Of a stretch of DNA of 64,000 nt, positions 48,562-59,146 are shown piece by piece. The DNA comes from Candidatus Spongiihabitans sp. (GTDB taxonomy: Bacteria; Pseudomonadota; Gammaproteobacteria; Arenicellales; Poriferihabitantaceae), in NCBI GenBank assembly GCA_965206355.1, contig OZ242212.1:1009540-1073539 (forward strand), given 5' to 3'. The translations under genes were made by a program, and so were the position numbers. Position 1 is the stretch's first letter, and every line of letters begins with the position of its first letter. The notes under the pieces were generated by a model that saw nothing but the letters and a program-made list of their open reading frames with translations, ran no database searches and was not told the DNA's origin.

Positions 48562-51500
48562 ATAATGCTGGCAGTGTCGGTGACCATTCGCACCATCCTT
48601 TTAACAACGGGAAATACAAACCTAGTTTGATTTCCCTGACTTCTGCCATCTCGGCTTCCAGCATATTGACAATGTTGGCATAGTGTTCAAGTTGTTGCTG
48701 GTAGCGGCTTTGCTCATCTGCCACGAACTTGTCGATATTGCCCTTGTGGTGGCTTGATTTGAAATCAATAATCCAGCGGACACCGTGCTGATCAATAAAA
48801 CTGCGGTCGATGATTACGCTTGCAAATGCGTTATTGATTGCTGCGGTTAATGGCCACTCTCGTTTAACCTCGGTGTGGGAAGATGAAAAAATCCAATCCG
48901 CTGTTGCATCTGATTTCAGGTTTTCTATGGCAATACGCATACTTGCCATACCGATTTCAAGTTGCTCACCGTAAAGACCATTATCCATTAACAGGTTTCG
49001 ATTCCTTGACAACAATATCTCAGCATCCCCAGCCTTCCATTGCTGCCAATTTTCTTGATCAATGTGTTGTAGCATTTTATGGATGGCAATACCGGTGATA
49101 CGCACCGTTTCGCCTGCCCATGAAAATTCAATCTGATTGGATTGTGCGGAGGTTGTATCGGTTTGTTTTGGAGACGGCAATCCGGCTGGAACAGTAGGGA
49201 GACCTTGCAACGGTAGCCGCCTGAATTCGTTCAGAGGTAACGCCGACTCCTGTCGGGCATTGTAACCCGCTTGCACCCGCTCTTTCATCTCAGCGTGCAA
49301 GGATGGCCATAACAAATAAAGCAAGGAGTGTTCGGGTGGCACTCGGGGCTGTCCCTCTTGTTCACGCCTCTTATCCGACTTGCCACCCGACTTATCATCC
49401 GACAACTCCATGAATAAATCCATATACAAGTGCAATTTTTTACGCGCTCGGGTACACGCCACATAGAGTAAGCGACACAGCTCATTGTGTTGTCGAAATT
49501 GCTCCAGATGACCCAGATAATCATAGAACTTATCATTATGGCTATCGCTGTGTGGCAGCACGGCGATCAATAATTGATGCGGCAATCGTGTCCATCGTAT
49601 CAGTTCCCGTTCGGCAGCACGCGGCCGACGGTGAAGCTGCGGCAATAAAACCACATCAAATTCCAGCCCTTTCGCCTTATGAATGGTGAGAAGCTGAACT
49701 TGTGCCTCGCTGTCGGCTTGCGACCATAATCCAGCAACCGCATCGGACAATAAATCAGCGGTAATGAAGGTATAGTCGTTTTCCAGTTTGTTTAGCAAAT
49801 CAAAATAGCTTGCGCAGTCAGCATTATCAGACTGCCCACCTAACTGATTGCCTGATTGATTTATGCAAGCGGGTCCGGACAAACTCAACCATGCCGCTTC
49901 TACATTTTGTCGCAGACTGACTCGTCCACGCTGGCACAGGGCTATCGCCAGTGCTTCGCGTAATCGGCTGATGCGTCGGCGACCATCCTGACTGAGACGC
50001 ACCATCATGTTATCGTCTTCGCACAACGCCATAATTGTGCTGTCGTGATTATCCATTGCCAGCAGCGACATATCTTCCAGCGTCATACCACACCACGGTG
50101 CGCGTAATATGGCGAGCCAGGCGATGCGATCACTGAGCCGAATCAATCCACGAGTCAGTGCCATCAGATCCTGAATAGCGGGACGCTGGATCAGCGATTC
50201 CAGTTCTATCGCCTGAAACGGAATGTTATGTTCCCGCAATGCGCGGGTGATGGCGAGCAGATGGTTGCGAGTTCGTCCCAAAACACCAATTCTCGACTGT
50301 GGCTCTTGTTCAAGTTCTAACTGTATCTGGGCACACATACGGGCAGCTTCGCTTTCGCACCCACCCGTAGCCTCGGTTTGCACTTGCGAATGAATAAATA
50401 CCGCATTATTATTTTCAATGCCCACGTCATCAGCTCGGGCAATGCTCGGGGAATAACTAACCGCACTATTGATAATGTCATCCTCTGGTGGAAAAATGGC
50501 GGATAAAACCTCGTTATACCAATCAACTAAGCACGCGCTTGAACGGAAATTAGTTTGTAGCGTCAGCATTTGTGGCTTGATTTCACCGATGCCGTTTTCT
50601 TGAATTTCTAAAAAGTTAGCGACTTCAGCTTCACGGAATCGGTAAATGGATTGCATCGGGTCACCAACAAAGAACAGGGTGCGTCCATCACCCTGTTGCC
50701 AACCACTGCTGAGCCTCGTCAGTAACGCAATCTGCGCGCGCGAGGTATCCTGAACCTCATCCATTAACAGGTGTTTAAGCTGGTAATCAAAGGCAAGGGC
50801 AAGATCGCTGGGCGACTCGGCATTGCCTTGGTCATTACCCTTGTTATCGCTTTGGTCATTGATTAGGGCCATTTCGGCGCGTTGCGTTACTTCGACATAA
50901 TCTGCTTGATTGTTCTCCTTAAAGAGTAAGCGCAACTCTGCGGCGGCTAGCGGCAATAATGCCAGCAAAGACTGCAATGCCTGCCACTGTTTGTCGGTGA
51001 AGACATCATCAGGCAACATCGGGATTGTGTTCAATGCCTGAACCGCACTGTCATTATCCGCCATACTTTCCAGCAACGATGCCATCTGCGCTTTTTCCAA
51101 TTTATAATGAGATGGAAAGCCAAGCCGCACATCAACCGTTTTGCGAACTCGCCTTTTTTGAGTCAAAATCAGTGCGGCAATACCACGCCAATAGCCGATA
51201 TTTTCTGTTAATGGCTCTGGAAAACACGTCATTTGCAAACAACCCCTCAAATCAACATTGGGGTTTTTTTTATAGGGGTTTGTAGCGGCAAATTGTGCTA
51301 GCGCCACAATTTCAGTTTTGATCGGGGTAGGGATACTCCGACTTGCGGCAACAAGCTGTTGCTCAATCAGCTCACGCCACATCCTTTCATACTCTGCCCG
51401 CGTATTGACTTCCAGCCCACGCATCCACCGATCTCGTTTCCTTAACATCAGAGCCAAAACCGATTGTGCTTTGTCAAAATCCGCATCCACCAGCTTAATC

Positions 51501-52027
51501 AGGTTGGCACAATGTATTGACCAGTCATTATCTGCTTCAAGATGATCCAAAGTGCGTTGCGCAGCTTGTCGATAGATAAGCTCGGTATTTTGATCATCCA
51601 GCATATTGGGGGCAACACCAAAGCGCGCAGACCAGGGCATACGTCCCACCAGTTCATAGCAAAATGCGTCAATGGTTTGAATGCGTAGGCGACGCGGATT
51701 AGCGAGGATATTCCAATCCAAACGTCGATCACTCGCCAATGCGTTTGCTGCCAGTTGCTTCATATCGGCATCCATAGCTGCATCTGTCCCTGACAGTGCC
51801 GACAAAATTCTTGCACGCATTTCCGCAGTAGCCTTTCGGGTAAAAGTAATCGCCAGAATTTCCTCTGGATGAGCAACCCGAGCAAGCAGGGTTAAATATC
51901 GTCTGACCAGCAAATCGGTTTTACCCGAACCTGCCGGTGCTTGCACAATGAAGGATCGACTTGGATCCAGTGCGCTAAGGCGTTGTTGATGGTCGATGGG
52001 TTGAGTCGCTGTTTTGGACATTGCCAC
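48560..52027 (-). CDS. AddA-like UvrD helicase-nuclease
   Basis: APAGSGKT, ITFTRKA, MDEVQDTS, VGDPMQSIYRFR, TIHKAKGLEF and C-terminal IDR...IIDFK. Confidence 0.9.
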   Translation of the reverse strand: MAMSKTATQPIDHQQRLSALDPSRSFIVQAPAGSGKTDLLVRRYLTLLARVAHPEEILAITFTRKATAEMRARILSALSGTDAAMDADMKQLAANALASDRRLDWNILANPRRLRIQTIDAFCYELVGRMPWSARFGVAPNMLDDQNTELIYRQAAQRTLDHLEADNDWSIHCANLIKLVDADFDKAQSVLALMLRKRDRWMRGLEVNTRAEYERMWRELIEQQLVAASRSIPTPIKTEIVALAQFAATNPYKKNPNVDLRGCLQMTCFPEPLTENIGYWRGIAALILTQKRRVRKTVDVRLGFPSHYKLEKAQMASLLESMADNDSAVQALNTIPMLPDDVFTDKQWQALQSLLALLPLAAAELRLLFKENNQADYVEVTQRAEMALINDQSDNKGNDQGNAESPSDLALAFDYQLKHLLMDEVQDTSRAQIALLTRLSSGWQQGDGRTLFFVGDPMQSIYRFREAEVANFLEIQENGIGEIKPQMLTLQTNFRSSACLVDWYNEVLSAIFPPEDDIINSAVSYSPSIARADDVGIENNNAVFIHSQVQTEATGGCESEAARMCAQIQLELEQEPQSRIGVLGRTRNHLLAITRALREHNIPFQAIELESLIQRPAIQDLMALTRGLIRLSDRIAWLAILRAPWCGMTLEDMSLLAMDNHDSTIMALCEDDNMMVRLSQDGRRRISRLREALAIALCQRGRVSLRQNVEAAWLSLSGPACINQSGNQLGGQSDNADCASYFDLLNKLENDYTFITADLLSDAVAGLWSQADSEAQVQLLTIHKAKGLEFDVVLLPQLHRRPRAAERELIRWTRLPHQLLIAVLPHSDSHNDKFYDYLGHLEQFRQHNELCRLLYVACTRARKKLHLYMDLFMELSDDKSGGKSDKRREQEGQPRVPPEHSLLYLLWPSLHAEMKERVQAGYNARQESALPLNEFRRLPLQGLPTVPAGLPSPKQTDTTSAQSNQIEFSWAGETVRITGIAIHKMLQHIDQENWQQWKAGDAEILLSRNRNLLMDNGLYGEQLEIGMASMRIAIENLKSDATADWIFSSSHTEVKREWPLTAAINNAFASVIIDRSFIDQHGVRWIIDFKSSHHKGNIDKFVADEQSRYQQQLEHYANIVNMLEAEMAEVREIKLGLYFPLLKGWCEWSPTLPAL

Positions 52028-52030
52028 AAA

Positions 52031-54952
52031 TCATAAATAATCGGTGTCACCAATGCGGCATAGCCCATGTAAATCACAGGAGCGACAGGTTGTTTTATCC
52101 AGCGGATTGACCTCGGCATGACCGGTATAATACTGATCGGCCAGTCTGCTTAATTGTTCATTCCAGTATTTAATAAAAACTGGCCACAAATATTCAACAC
52201 GCGCTTCAACAATATCCTGATAAATTTTCAATGCTTCTAATCGGGTATTTTCTGATTCTGATATTTTTCTGGCAACACGCTGGGCAGTTTTTTCTAGTTC
52301 CTTCTGATCTATACCTTTATAAGTACATTCGCCAGTACGAACCTGCCCGAATAGCAAGGCGGAAAGCATGACCGGGGGATTATTCTCATAGTCGTTGGTA
52401 TTGGTATGTTGCGCTAAAGCATACAGTGGTAATTGGGGCTGCTTGGGGCGATCACCAAACCAATCCATCAGTGACCCGACCTTACCGGTTTTGTAGTCAA
52501 TCAAAAGTCGCGTATTGTCGGCAAGCCGGTCTATGCGATCAATTTTGACCTTCAATATCAGCTTGCCCAGCATCAGTTGCCGCTGTGTTTCACATTCGAC
52601 GACGCGAAATGCCTGTGTCTGCCCCCGATTTTTTTCCGCTTCAAACCATTCTAGTAACAACGCCCTGAGCCATTGCGCTTGTACCCGAAAGAATTGCTTC
52701 CCCCTGCCGCTTTTGTGAAAAAATCGTTGGCCACAAATCGCGATATTGTCGTCAATAATGTGTTTGAGATCATGCTCGGACATCGCCGCCAGTCGCTGTG
52801 ATGATTGCAATGCCTGCCATATCTGCTCCAGCACACGGTGCACCCAACTACCCCGCTCCAGCGCGCTCAGTCCGGGCTTGCGCACATCAATATCGCGCGC
52901 TCCGAGCCGATGTCTGGCATAGGCACGAAAAGGACAGGCTGCCTGATCACGAATAACCGCGGTGCCGCCTCGAGTTTTCGCATCGGCTTTGCCCAGTCCC
53001 TGTGTGCCGACAAAGGTTTCGAGTTTTGTTTGGTTTTCTTGCAACTGCGCAATCAGACCAGAGCGGGCAAATTCGAGCTTAGTCGGTTCCGCCAACAAGG
53101 CACTCGGCAACAGCGCAACATCTTGTTCAAAACAGTAGCGACTCAACACCATTTCATCACACTGATTGATTAAACGGGCTTGTTGCGCTTTGGCATACTG
53201 TTCATTGAGTTTTAGCGAGGCGCGATGATAGCCGGCATCTTCTTGTCGCTTACCGAGAATAAATGGACTCGCTTGCACTGGCGGTGGCCAGTCTCTTTCG
53301 GTTAAATTACCAAACCAGATTGCGTCAAATTCAATGCTGGAAGTTTCCATAATACCGAGCACATCGACACTGACCTGAGGTGATTCCGGCTCGAAGGGTT
53401 GTTCATTTAGGCGTTGGCTCAACACCGCGAGTGCGCTTGCCATTGTGATCATTGTCGCTGACTCTCTGCTCAACTTGTTCGCGACCAGATTCAATGACCC
53501 CAAGCAACAGATCTCTCGCTTAAATGCCTCAACCGTCTGGTATTGCTCGCTGTTTAATGCAGACTCTCCGGGCCAGCCGAGATTGTCTAACCACAGTAAA
53601 AATAATTCCGCCCATTGCGAAAATGAATGTGTTTGTTGGACGGATGTCATCAACGCATTATTGGCATTGATTTTTTCAAGAAAAATAGGCGGAACCGATT
53701 GCCGTTGTTCCTGCCACTGTTTCACTATTTTCAGAAAATCTGCAAAGCGTAATTGATACGGCAAATGTTTCCGACAGTAAAACTCGAATTCATTGCGGGC
53801 ATAGCATTCGCTGTCTGCACCGCCGACAAAGGGACTTAGTATGACTTTGCTGATAGCCAAATGGGTCAACTCTGCCGTTGTCGCCAGCGATAACAACAGT
53901 AAAGCAGCATCAACAACAGGCGCATCAAGCAGTTTTATGCCCAATGAAATATGGAATGGTTTGGCGCGATGGCTACCCGTATCAAGCAGATGATGCGGGC
54001 TAAGTATTTGCTTGAGTGCGTAATCAATGGCCTGTCGTGATTGCTGCATATTCGGTGCCACCACGGCAAGCCTTTGCTTGGGGTTGCGCGCCATCTTCTC
54101 CATAATCCAGTGTGCCATCGCCAACCATTGTTCAGACTCGCTCTGATAGTGCCGAAACTGACAATGCGTAGCCGAATCCGAATCACTGCCCGCACTATCC
54201 GTAACAGCATGCAGGGACAAATCAACATTATGCTGCCGCAGGGTGTCTATAAGACGTTGTTGCTGGGCGTTAACACCATCAAACCCCATCCACAGTAGCG
54301 CCCTGCGCCCTGTCAATCCATCTGTCAGACTATTTTCTAATCGACCCACATGGCTCCACTCATCTATCAGCACGTCAATCAACTGATGCTTATCTATCCA
54401 GTTATTTTTCTGACACTGTTGCCTAAATGACTCCGCCCAGCGCGCAAAACTGCGATGATCGTCAAGATCAGATGCGCTGCATTCGTCTATCGCAATATCC
54501 CATTGACAGCAAATACGCCACGCCTGCATAGCCGCCTTGACGGTCGCTGCAATATTCCATAATGGCTGAGAGTCGCGCTGATGTTTATGGATATCATCCG
54601 CGATAACCTGCGTCCACACCGCTCTGCTTTGCAGGATGTTGAGTACAATAGCGCTGCTCGACACGGCATGCACTTGCGGCTCGGTGTTGGCTTTTCCCAC
54701 CAACCGCTGTTGCCCCTCGCCACTTGCATCTCCCATATCAGCACCATCCTGAAGCACTTGCCACAGGCGAAAAATCCAAGTCTCAAAAGGCAGGATGTCT
54801 GCGGTCTCCCAGACCTGCTTGCCCTGAGCAAGCTGATATTGATTAAATTGTTGATGCGTTTCTCGGGCGAGACGTTTCGTGGCAGTCACCAACGTAGCAG
54901 CATCGCATAATTGCTGTGCCACGTCATCGCTGAAGAGTTTGGATTTATTCAT
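52031..54952 (-). CDS. AddB-like PD-(D/E)xK nuclease subunit
   Basis: ACPFRAYA, KIDRID, IDYKTG, QLPLYA and CxxC-x5-C Fe-S motif. Confidence 0.88.
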   Translation of the reverse strand: MNKSKLFSDDVAQQLCDAATLVTATKRLARETHQQFNQYQLAQGKQVWETADILPFETWIFRLWQVLQDGADMGDASGEGQQRLVGKANTEPQVHAVSSSAIVLNILQSRAVWTQVIADDIHKHQRDSQPLWNIAATVKAAMQAWRICCQWDIAIDECSASDLDDHRSFARWAESFRQQCQKNNWIDKHQLIDVLIDEWSHVGRLENSLTDGLTGRRALLWMGFDGVNAQQQRLIDTLRQHNVDLSLHAVTDSAGSDSDSATHCQFRHYQSESEQWLAMAHWIMEKMARNPKQRLAVVAPNMQQSRQAIDYALKQILSPHHLLDTGSHRAKPFHISLGIKLLDAPVVDAALLLLSLATTAELTHLAISKVILSPFVGGADSECYARNEFEFYCRKHLPYQLRFADFLKIVKQWQEQRQSVPPIFLEKINANNALMTSVQQTHSFSQWAELFLLWLDNLGWPGESALNSEQYQTVEAFKREICCLGSLNLVANKLSRESATMITMASALAVLSQRLNEQPFEPESPQVSVDVLGIMETSSIEFDAIWFGNLTERDWPPPVQASPFILGKRQEDAGYHRASLKLNEQYAKAQQARLINQCDEMVLSRYCFEQDVALLPSALLAEPTKLEFARSGLIAQLQENQTKLETFVGTQGLGKADAKTRGGTAVIRDQAACPFRAYARHRLGARDIDVRKPGLSALERGSWVHRVLEQIWQALQSSQRLAAMSEHDLKHIIDDNIAICGQRFFHKSGRGKQFFRVQAQWLRALLLEWFEAEKNRGQTQAFRVVECETQRQLMLGKLILKVKIDRIDRLADNTRLLIDYKTGKVGSLMDWFGDRPKQPQLPLYALAQHTNTNDYENNPPVMLSALLFGQVRTGECTYKGIDQKELEKTAQRVARKISESENTRLEALKIYQDIVEARVEYLWPVFIKYWNEQLSRLADQYYTGHAEVNPLDKTTCRSCDLHGLCRIGDTDYL

Positions 54953-54979
54953 CCGAAAACCACCGCCAAGATACTACCC

Positions 54980-55291
54980 TCAGGCAAAATCGGCTGAAAG
55001 TTGCTCGATGATTTGTGCAAGCTGGAAATCCAGCATAGTAATACCCCCGCTCTGGTGCGTGGTGAGATTGATTGTTACCGTCTTATAGACATTACACCAC
55101 TCTGGGTGGTGATTCATCTTCTCCGCCGCTATCGCACACTGGGTCATAAACCCAAAAGCCTGAATAAAATGCTTTAACACGAAGGTCTTGTGCAGTTTCT
55201 GCTCCGCAATCTGCCACGGTTGCTCCAGTTCCAAATTGAGATGATGCAATTGCGTAGCGCATTCCGCAGCATCCAAACATATTTGTTTCAT
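54980..55291 (-). CDS. phhB: Pterin-4-alpha-carbinolamine dehydratase
   Basis: AEKMNHHPEW.NVY and LTTH. Confidence 0.92.
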   Translation of the reverse strand: MKQICLDAAECATQLHHLNLELEQPWQIAEQKLHKTFVLKHFIQAFGFMTQCAIAAEKMNHHPEWCNVYKTVTINLTTHQSGGITMLDFQLAQIIEQLSADFA

Positions 55292-55580
55292 GGTTAATAC
55301 CTCGTTAATACTTTGTCAATAAGATGCTCATAAGCGACACCGATCACCTTTGTTTTTATAGGCATCGGCTGGCAATTAGAACATAATTAAACAGTAGCTA
55401 GACATATCGGCAATAATATTTTTTGTGTCCTGCGTTTTTGCCCCTAAACTTTCGTGTTCTGGTATAATGCTCCGTTCTTCCAATATGCCGGCTGAATCGG
55501 CTTTAATCAGATTGAGTAAACCCTATTTAGACCGTATAAGGGCATTTCCAATAAATTTTTCTATTTGTAAGAGGTAGAAC

Positions 55581-56174
55581 ATGACTGACAATCATGTGGA
55601 TCACAAGCGGCGGCGCTTGTTGACCATAGCAACGTCTGGAGTGGGTCTGATGGGGGCTGTGGGTATGGCAGTTCCGTTTGTCGGCAGTCTGAATCCCAGT
55701 GAAAAAGCCAAGGCGGCTGGTGCACCAGTGGAAGTTGACATCAGCAAACTGGAGTCTGGACAACAGCTTATCGTTAAATGGCGCGGCAAACCGGTATGGG
55801 TGATTCGTCGTCCTCAGGAATCGTTGGCAATGCTTGACAGCTTGAATAACGTGTTGCTTGATCCTGATTCCAAAAATCATCAACAACCTGACTATGCACA
55901 AAACCTCTATCGCTCCATCAAGCAAGAGATATTGGTTTTAGTTGGGATATGCACTCACCTCGGTTGCTCACCGAAATACCAGCCACAAGTCGGTTTTGTG
56001 TCGTTTGATGATGACTGGAAAGGGGGCTTTTTGTGCGCCTGTCATGGCTCAAAATTTGATCTGGCAGGGCGCGTGTATAAGGGCGTGCCCGCCCCATCCA
56101 ATTTGGTCGTGCCGCCCCATCAATATCTATCCGATGATGTCTTGCTCATTGGTGAAGATGGAGGAATCAGCTAA
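55581..56174 (+). CDS. petA: Cytochrome bc1 Rieske Fe-S subunit
   Basis: Tat RR motif, CTHLGC and CxCHGS. Confidence 0.96.
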   Translation: MTDNHVDHKRRRLLTIATSGVGLMGAVGMAVPFVGSLNPSEKAKAAGAPVEVDISKLESGQQLIVKWRGKPVWVIRRPQESLAMLDSLNNVLLDPDSKNHQQPDYAQNLYRSIKQEILVLVGICTHLGCSPKYQPQVGFVSFDDDWKGGFLCACHGSKFDLAGRVYKGVPAPSNLVVPPHQYLSDDVLLIGEDGGIS

Positions 56175-57403
56175 TGCGCTTTATGAACTGGTTGGATCAC
56201 AGATTTCCGGCTTCAAAAACGATGCGTGAACATTTAACCGAATACTACGCGCCCAAAAACTTTAATTTCTGGTATTTTTTCGGCAGTCTGGCACTGATGG
56301 TTCTGGTGTTGCAGATTATCACTGGCATATTGCTGGCGATGAACTACAAACCCGATGCCGAACTGGCATTTGCGTCTGTGGAATATATTATGCGGGATGT
56401 CTGGGGAGGCTGGTTTGTGCGTTATATGCACTCAACCGGGGCTTCTCTGTTTTTCGTGGTGATTTATCTACATATGTTTCGCGGCTTGCTATACGGCTCT
56501 TACCGAAACCCCAGGGAGTTAGTCTGGATATTCGGCATGGTTATTTTTTTGGCCATGATGGCAACCGCGTTTTTCGGTTACCTGTTACCTTGGGGACAAA
56601 TGTCGTTTTGGGGTGCGCAGGTCATCGTCAACCTGTTTGAAACCCTGCCTTTCATCGGCGGCGCGTTGTCGGAGTGGATTCGTGGTGACTATGTCATATC
56701 GGATATTACCCTGAACCGATTTTATGCTTTCCATTATTTGATTCCGTTTATTTTGGTCGGGCTGGTTTTTCTGCACATTGTTGCCTTACACAAAGTCGGC
56801 TCAAATAATCCTGATGGCATTGAAATAAAACAAGGTGCCAAAGGCAATAACTGGAGTGCGGATGCGCCTGCGGACGGCATTCCGTTTCATCCTTACTACA
56901 CGGTAAAAGATATTCTGGGGACGGTCGTGTTTATGGCCGTTTTTATGGGGATTGTCTTCTTTTTTCCTGAAATGGGTGGGTATTTTCTTGAGCAGCCCAA
57001 TTATGAACCAGCCAATCCGCTAAAAACACCCGAACATATTGCGCCGGTCTGGTACTTCACGCCGTACTATGCCATCTTGCGTGCCATACCCAGTGCGTTT
57101 GGCACGCAGGTATGGGGCGTTTTAGCGATGTTCGCTTCCATCGCTGTGTTTTTCTTCCTACCCTGGCTCGATCGCAGTCCGGTTAAATCTATTCGCTACA
57201 AAGGCTGGATATTCAAGTCCTGTCTTGCACTATTCGTCATCTCCTTTGTCATACTCGGCTATCTGGGGACACAACCGCCCGGCGGTTCTCGAACTGTAGT
57301 CGCGCAAATTTTCACGCTATTGTATTTTGCCTTTTTCCTGCTGATGCCGATTTACAGCAAAATGGATAAGACCAAGCCAGTGCCTGAGAGGGTTGGAAAA
57401 TGA
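56174..57403 (+). CDS. petB: Cytochrome b
   Basis: RYMHSTGAS, LPWGQMSFWG and HIAPVWYF. Confidence 0.97.
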   Translation: MRFMNWLDHRFPASKTMREHLTEYYAPKNFNFWYFFGSLALMVLVLQIITGILLAMNYKPDAELAFASVEYIMRDVWGGWFVRYMHSTGASLFFVVIYLHMFRGLLYGSYRNPRELVWIFGMVIFLAMMATAFFGYLLPWGQMSFWGAQVIVNLFETLPFIGGALSEWIRGDYVISDITLNRFYAFHYLIPFILVGLVFLHIVALHKVGSNNPDGIEIKQGAKGNNWSADAPADGIPFHPYYTVKDILGTVVFMAVFMGIVFFFPEMGGYFLEQPNYEPANPLKTPEHIAPVWYFTPYYAILRAIPSAFGTQVWGVLAMFASIAVFFFLPWLDRSPVKSIRYKGWIFKSCLALFVISFVILGYLGTQPPGGSRTVVAQIFTLLYFAFFLLMPIYSKMDKTKPVPERVGK

Positions 57404-58164
57404 GGATTACAATGACTCCGCTAATAAAATCGTTGCTTGTTGTGGTGTTAGCTGCCAACTCGATGGTCGTTTTTGCCGCAACCGCAGCCAACGACCGACT
57501 GGCGCATATCGAAATTTCCTTGCAGGATAAACTCTCCTTACAAAATGGTGCCAAGCTGTTTATCAACTATTGTATGTCCTGCCACAGTGCCAAATTTATG
57601 CGTTATAAACGCATGGCGCAGGATCTGGAGATTCCTGAACAATTGGTCGAAGATAATATGATTTTCACTGGCGGAAAGATTGGCGATGCCATGACCACTA
57701 CGATGTCTAAACAAGCGGGTGAGCAGTGGTTTGGTGTTGCACCACCCGATTTGTCGTTGATTGGCAAACTACGTGATCCGGACTGGTTATACGGTTATCT
57801 TCGATCATTCTATATTGATGACAGCACCGAAAGCGGTTGGAACAATCTGATTTTCCCCAATGTCGCTATGCCACATGCGCTGTATGAATTGCAGGGCATC
57901 CAGAAAGCGGTTTTCACTTTCGAGACCGATAGTAACGGCAGACAGCATAAGGTTTTCCAAAAATTTGTGCCGCTGACATCTGGCACGATGAGTGCCAAAG
58001 AATATGATCATGCTATGCGAGACCTAACTAACTTCCTGTTCTATATGGGCGAACCTGCGCGCATGGTACGCATTAAATATGGCTTGTGGACAATGTTGTT
58101 TCTGGCGGTCTTGGGTGCGCTGGCATTTATGCTCAAGAAAGAATACTGGCGAGACGTTCATTGA
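57400..58164 (+). CDS. petC: Cytochrome c1
   Basis: CMSCH, PPDLSL and C-terminal TM followed by KKEYW. Confidence 0.95.
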   Translation: MRITMTPLIKSLLVVVLAANSMVVFAATAANDRLAHIEISLQDKLSLQNGAKLFINYCMSCHSAKFMRYKRMAQDLEIPEQLVEDNMIFTGGKIGDAMTTTMSKQAGEQWFGVAPPDLSLIGKLRDPDWLYGYLRSFYIDDSTESGWNNLIFPNVAMPHALYELQGIQKAVFTFETDSNGRQHKVFQKFVPLTSGTMSAKEYDHAMRDLTNFLFYMGEPARMVRIKYGLWTMLFLAVLGALAFMLKKEYWRDVH

Positions 58165-58207
58165 TGTTGTCAAACCGAACCACCTACCGTTTGTGTCCAG
58201 ACAATAC

Positions 58208-58369
58208 GAGACCTTTGCACGGAAGATGATTTCGCTTTTAGGCCAGGCAAAAACGCACGGAATGAGGGAGTTTATGCTTATAAATGACCGATTGAGTACG
58301 ATTTTACCAACAGTAGGCGCTTTTAGGCGACGCAGCATGCAGGTGAAATGGCTTTCGTGCAAAGGTCTC
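58208..58369 (-). mobile_element. MITE copy 8 (162-bp long variant, reverse), TSD AATAC
   Basis: TIRs present. aatac at 58203-58207 and 58370-58374. Extra 23 bp at 58307-58329. Confidence 0.95.
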
Positions 58370-58402
58370 AATACAGCAATATGATTGAATTTAGCACTCA
58401 GC

Positions 58403-59038
58403 ATGAATAATAACATTCCTTTATCTGACCGCCATCCGATTATGACGTTACTGTCCAGTCCGCTGGATGTGTTTAGTCACTGTTGTCGGATTGTTTTGCT
58501 GGAAAAAGGCGTTGAATCTGAAGTGAAATATATTTCGGTAACCGATGACCCTGCGAAAGTCGGCGAACACAATCCCTACGGTGAAACACCAACACTGGTC
58601 GATCGTGATGTCGCACTGTATGGTATGTGGGTCATCATTGAATATCTTGATGAGCGATTTCCACACCCGCCATTGATGCCAGCAGATCCGATTAGCCGTG
58701 CTAAAACGCGCTTGGTCGTTTCTCGGCTGACGCGGGATTGGTTGCAACCGATATGTGATTTGGGCGAAACCAACACGCCCAAACCGTCTGCGAAATTACA
58801 AAAAAGTTTACATGACGGGCTACTGGCGTTATCGCCTATTTTCGCCACCAAGCCCTATTTTTTTGGTGTCGAATACTCTTTAATTGATGCTTATTTTACG
58901 CCTCTGCTTTGGCGTTTACCGGCATTGGGTATTGAACTGCCAAAACAAGCCGCACACCTCATCGAATACAGTGAGCGTCTGTTCAAACGACCGACATTTC
59001 AGCGTAGCATGAGCGATCAGGAAATTGAGCTACGCTAA
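58403..59038 (+). CDS. sspA: Stringent starvation protein A
   Basis: RIVL.EKG, NPYG..PTLVDR and EYLDERFPHPPLMP. Lies after petC. Confidence 0.93.
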   Translation: MNNNIPLSDRHPIMTLLSSPLDVFSHCCRIVLLEKGVESEVKYISVTDDPAKVGEHNPYGETPTLVDRDVALYGMWVIIEYLDERFPHPPLMPADPISRAKTRLVVSRLTRDWLQPICDLGETNTPKPSAKLQKSLHDGLLALSPIFATKPYFFGVEYSLIDAYFTPLLWRLPALGIELPKQAAHLIEYSERLFKRPTFQRSMSDQEIELR

Positions 59039-59146
59039 AAAAACTGAAATGCTTTTTGTCGCACCTGCTACTATTCTCTGTCTGATCGCTTTTCGGTCGC
59101 TTTACTGCGTCAAGTTGATTGGGGCGATTTATTTGCGGGCAACATA

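Noticed and set aside
48423-48566. Outward-facing sigma70 promoter at the MITE ends
   Set aside because: No convincing -35 hexamer at the right spacing from the junction -10-like sequences.
58391-58417. TTAGCACTC upstream of sspA as a CIRCE
   Set aside because: Only a half-site. There is no GAGTGCTAA nine bases later.
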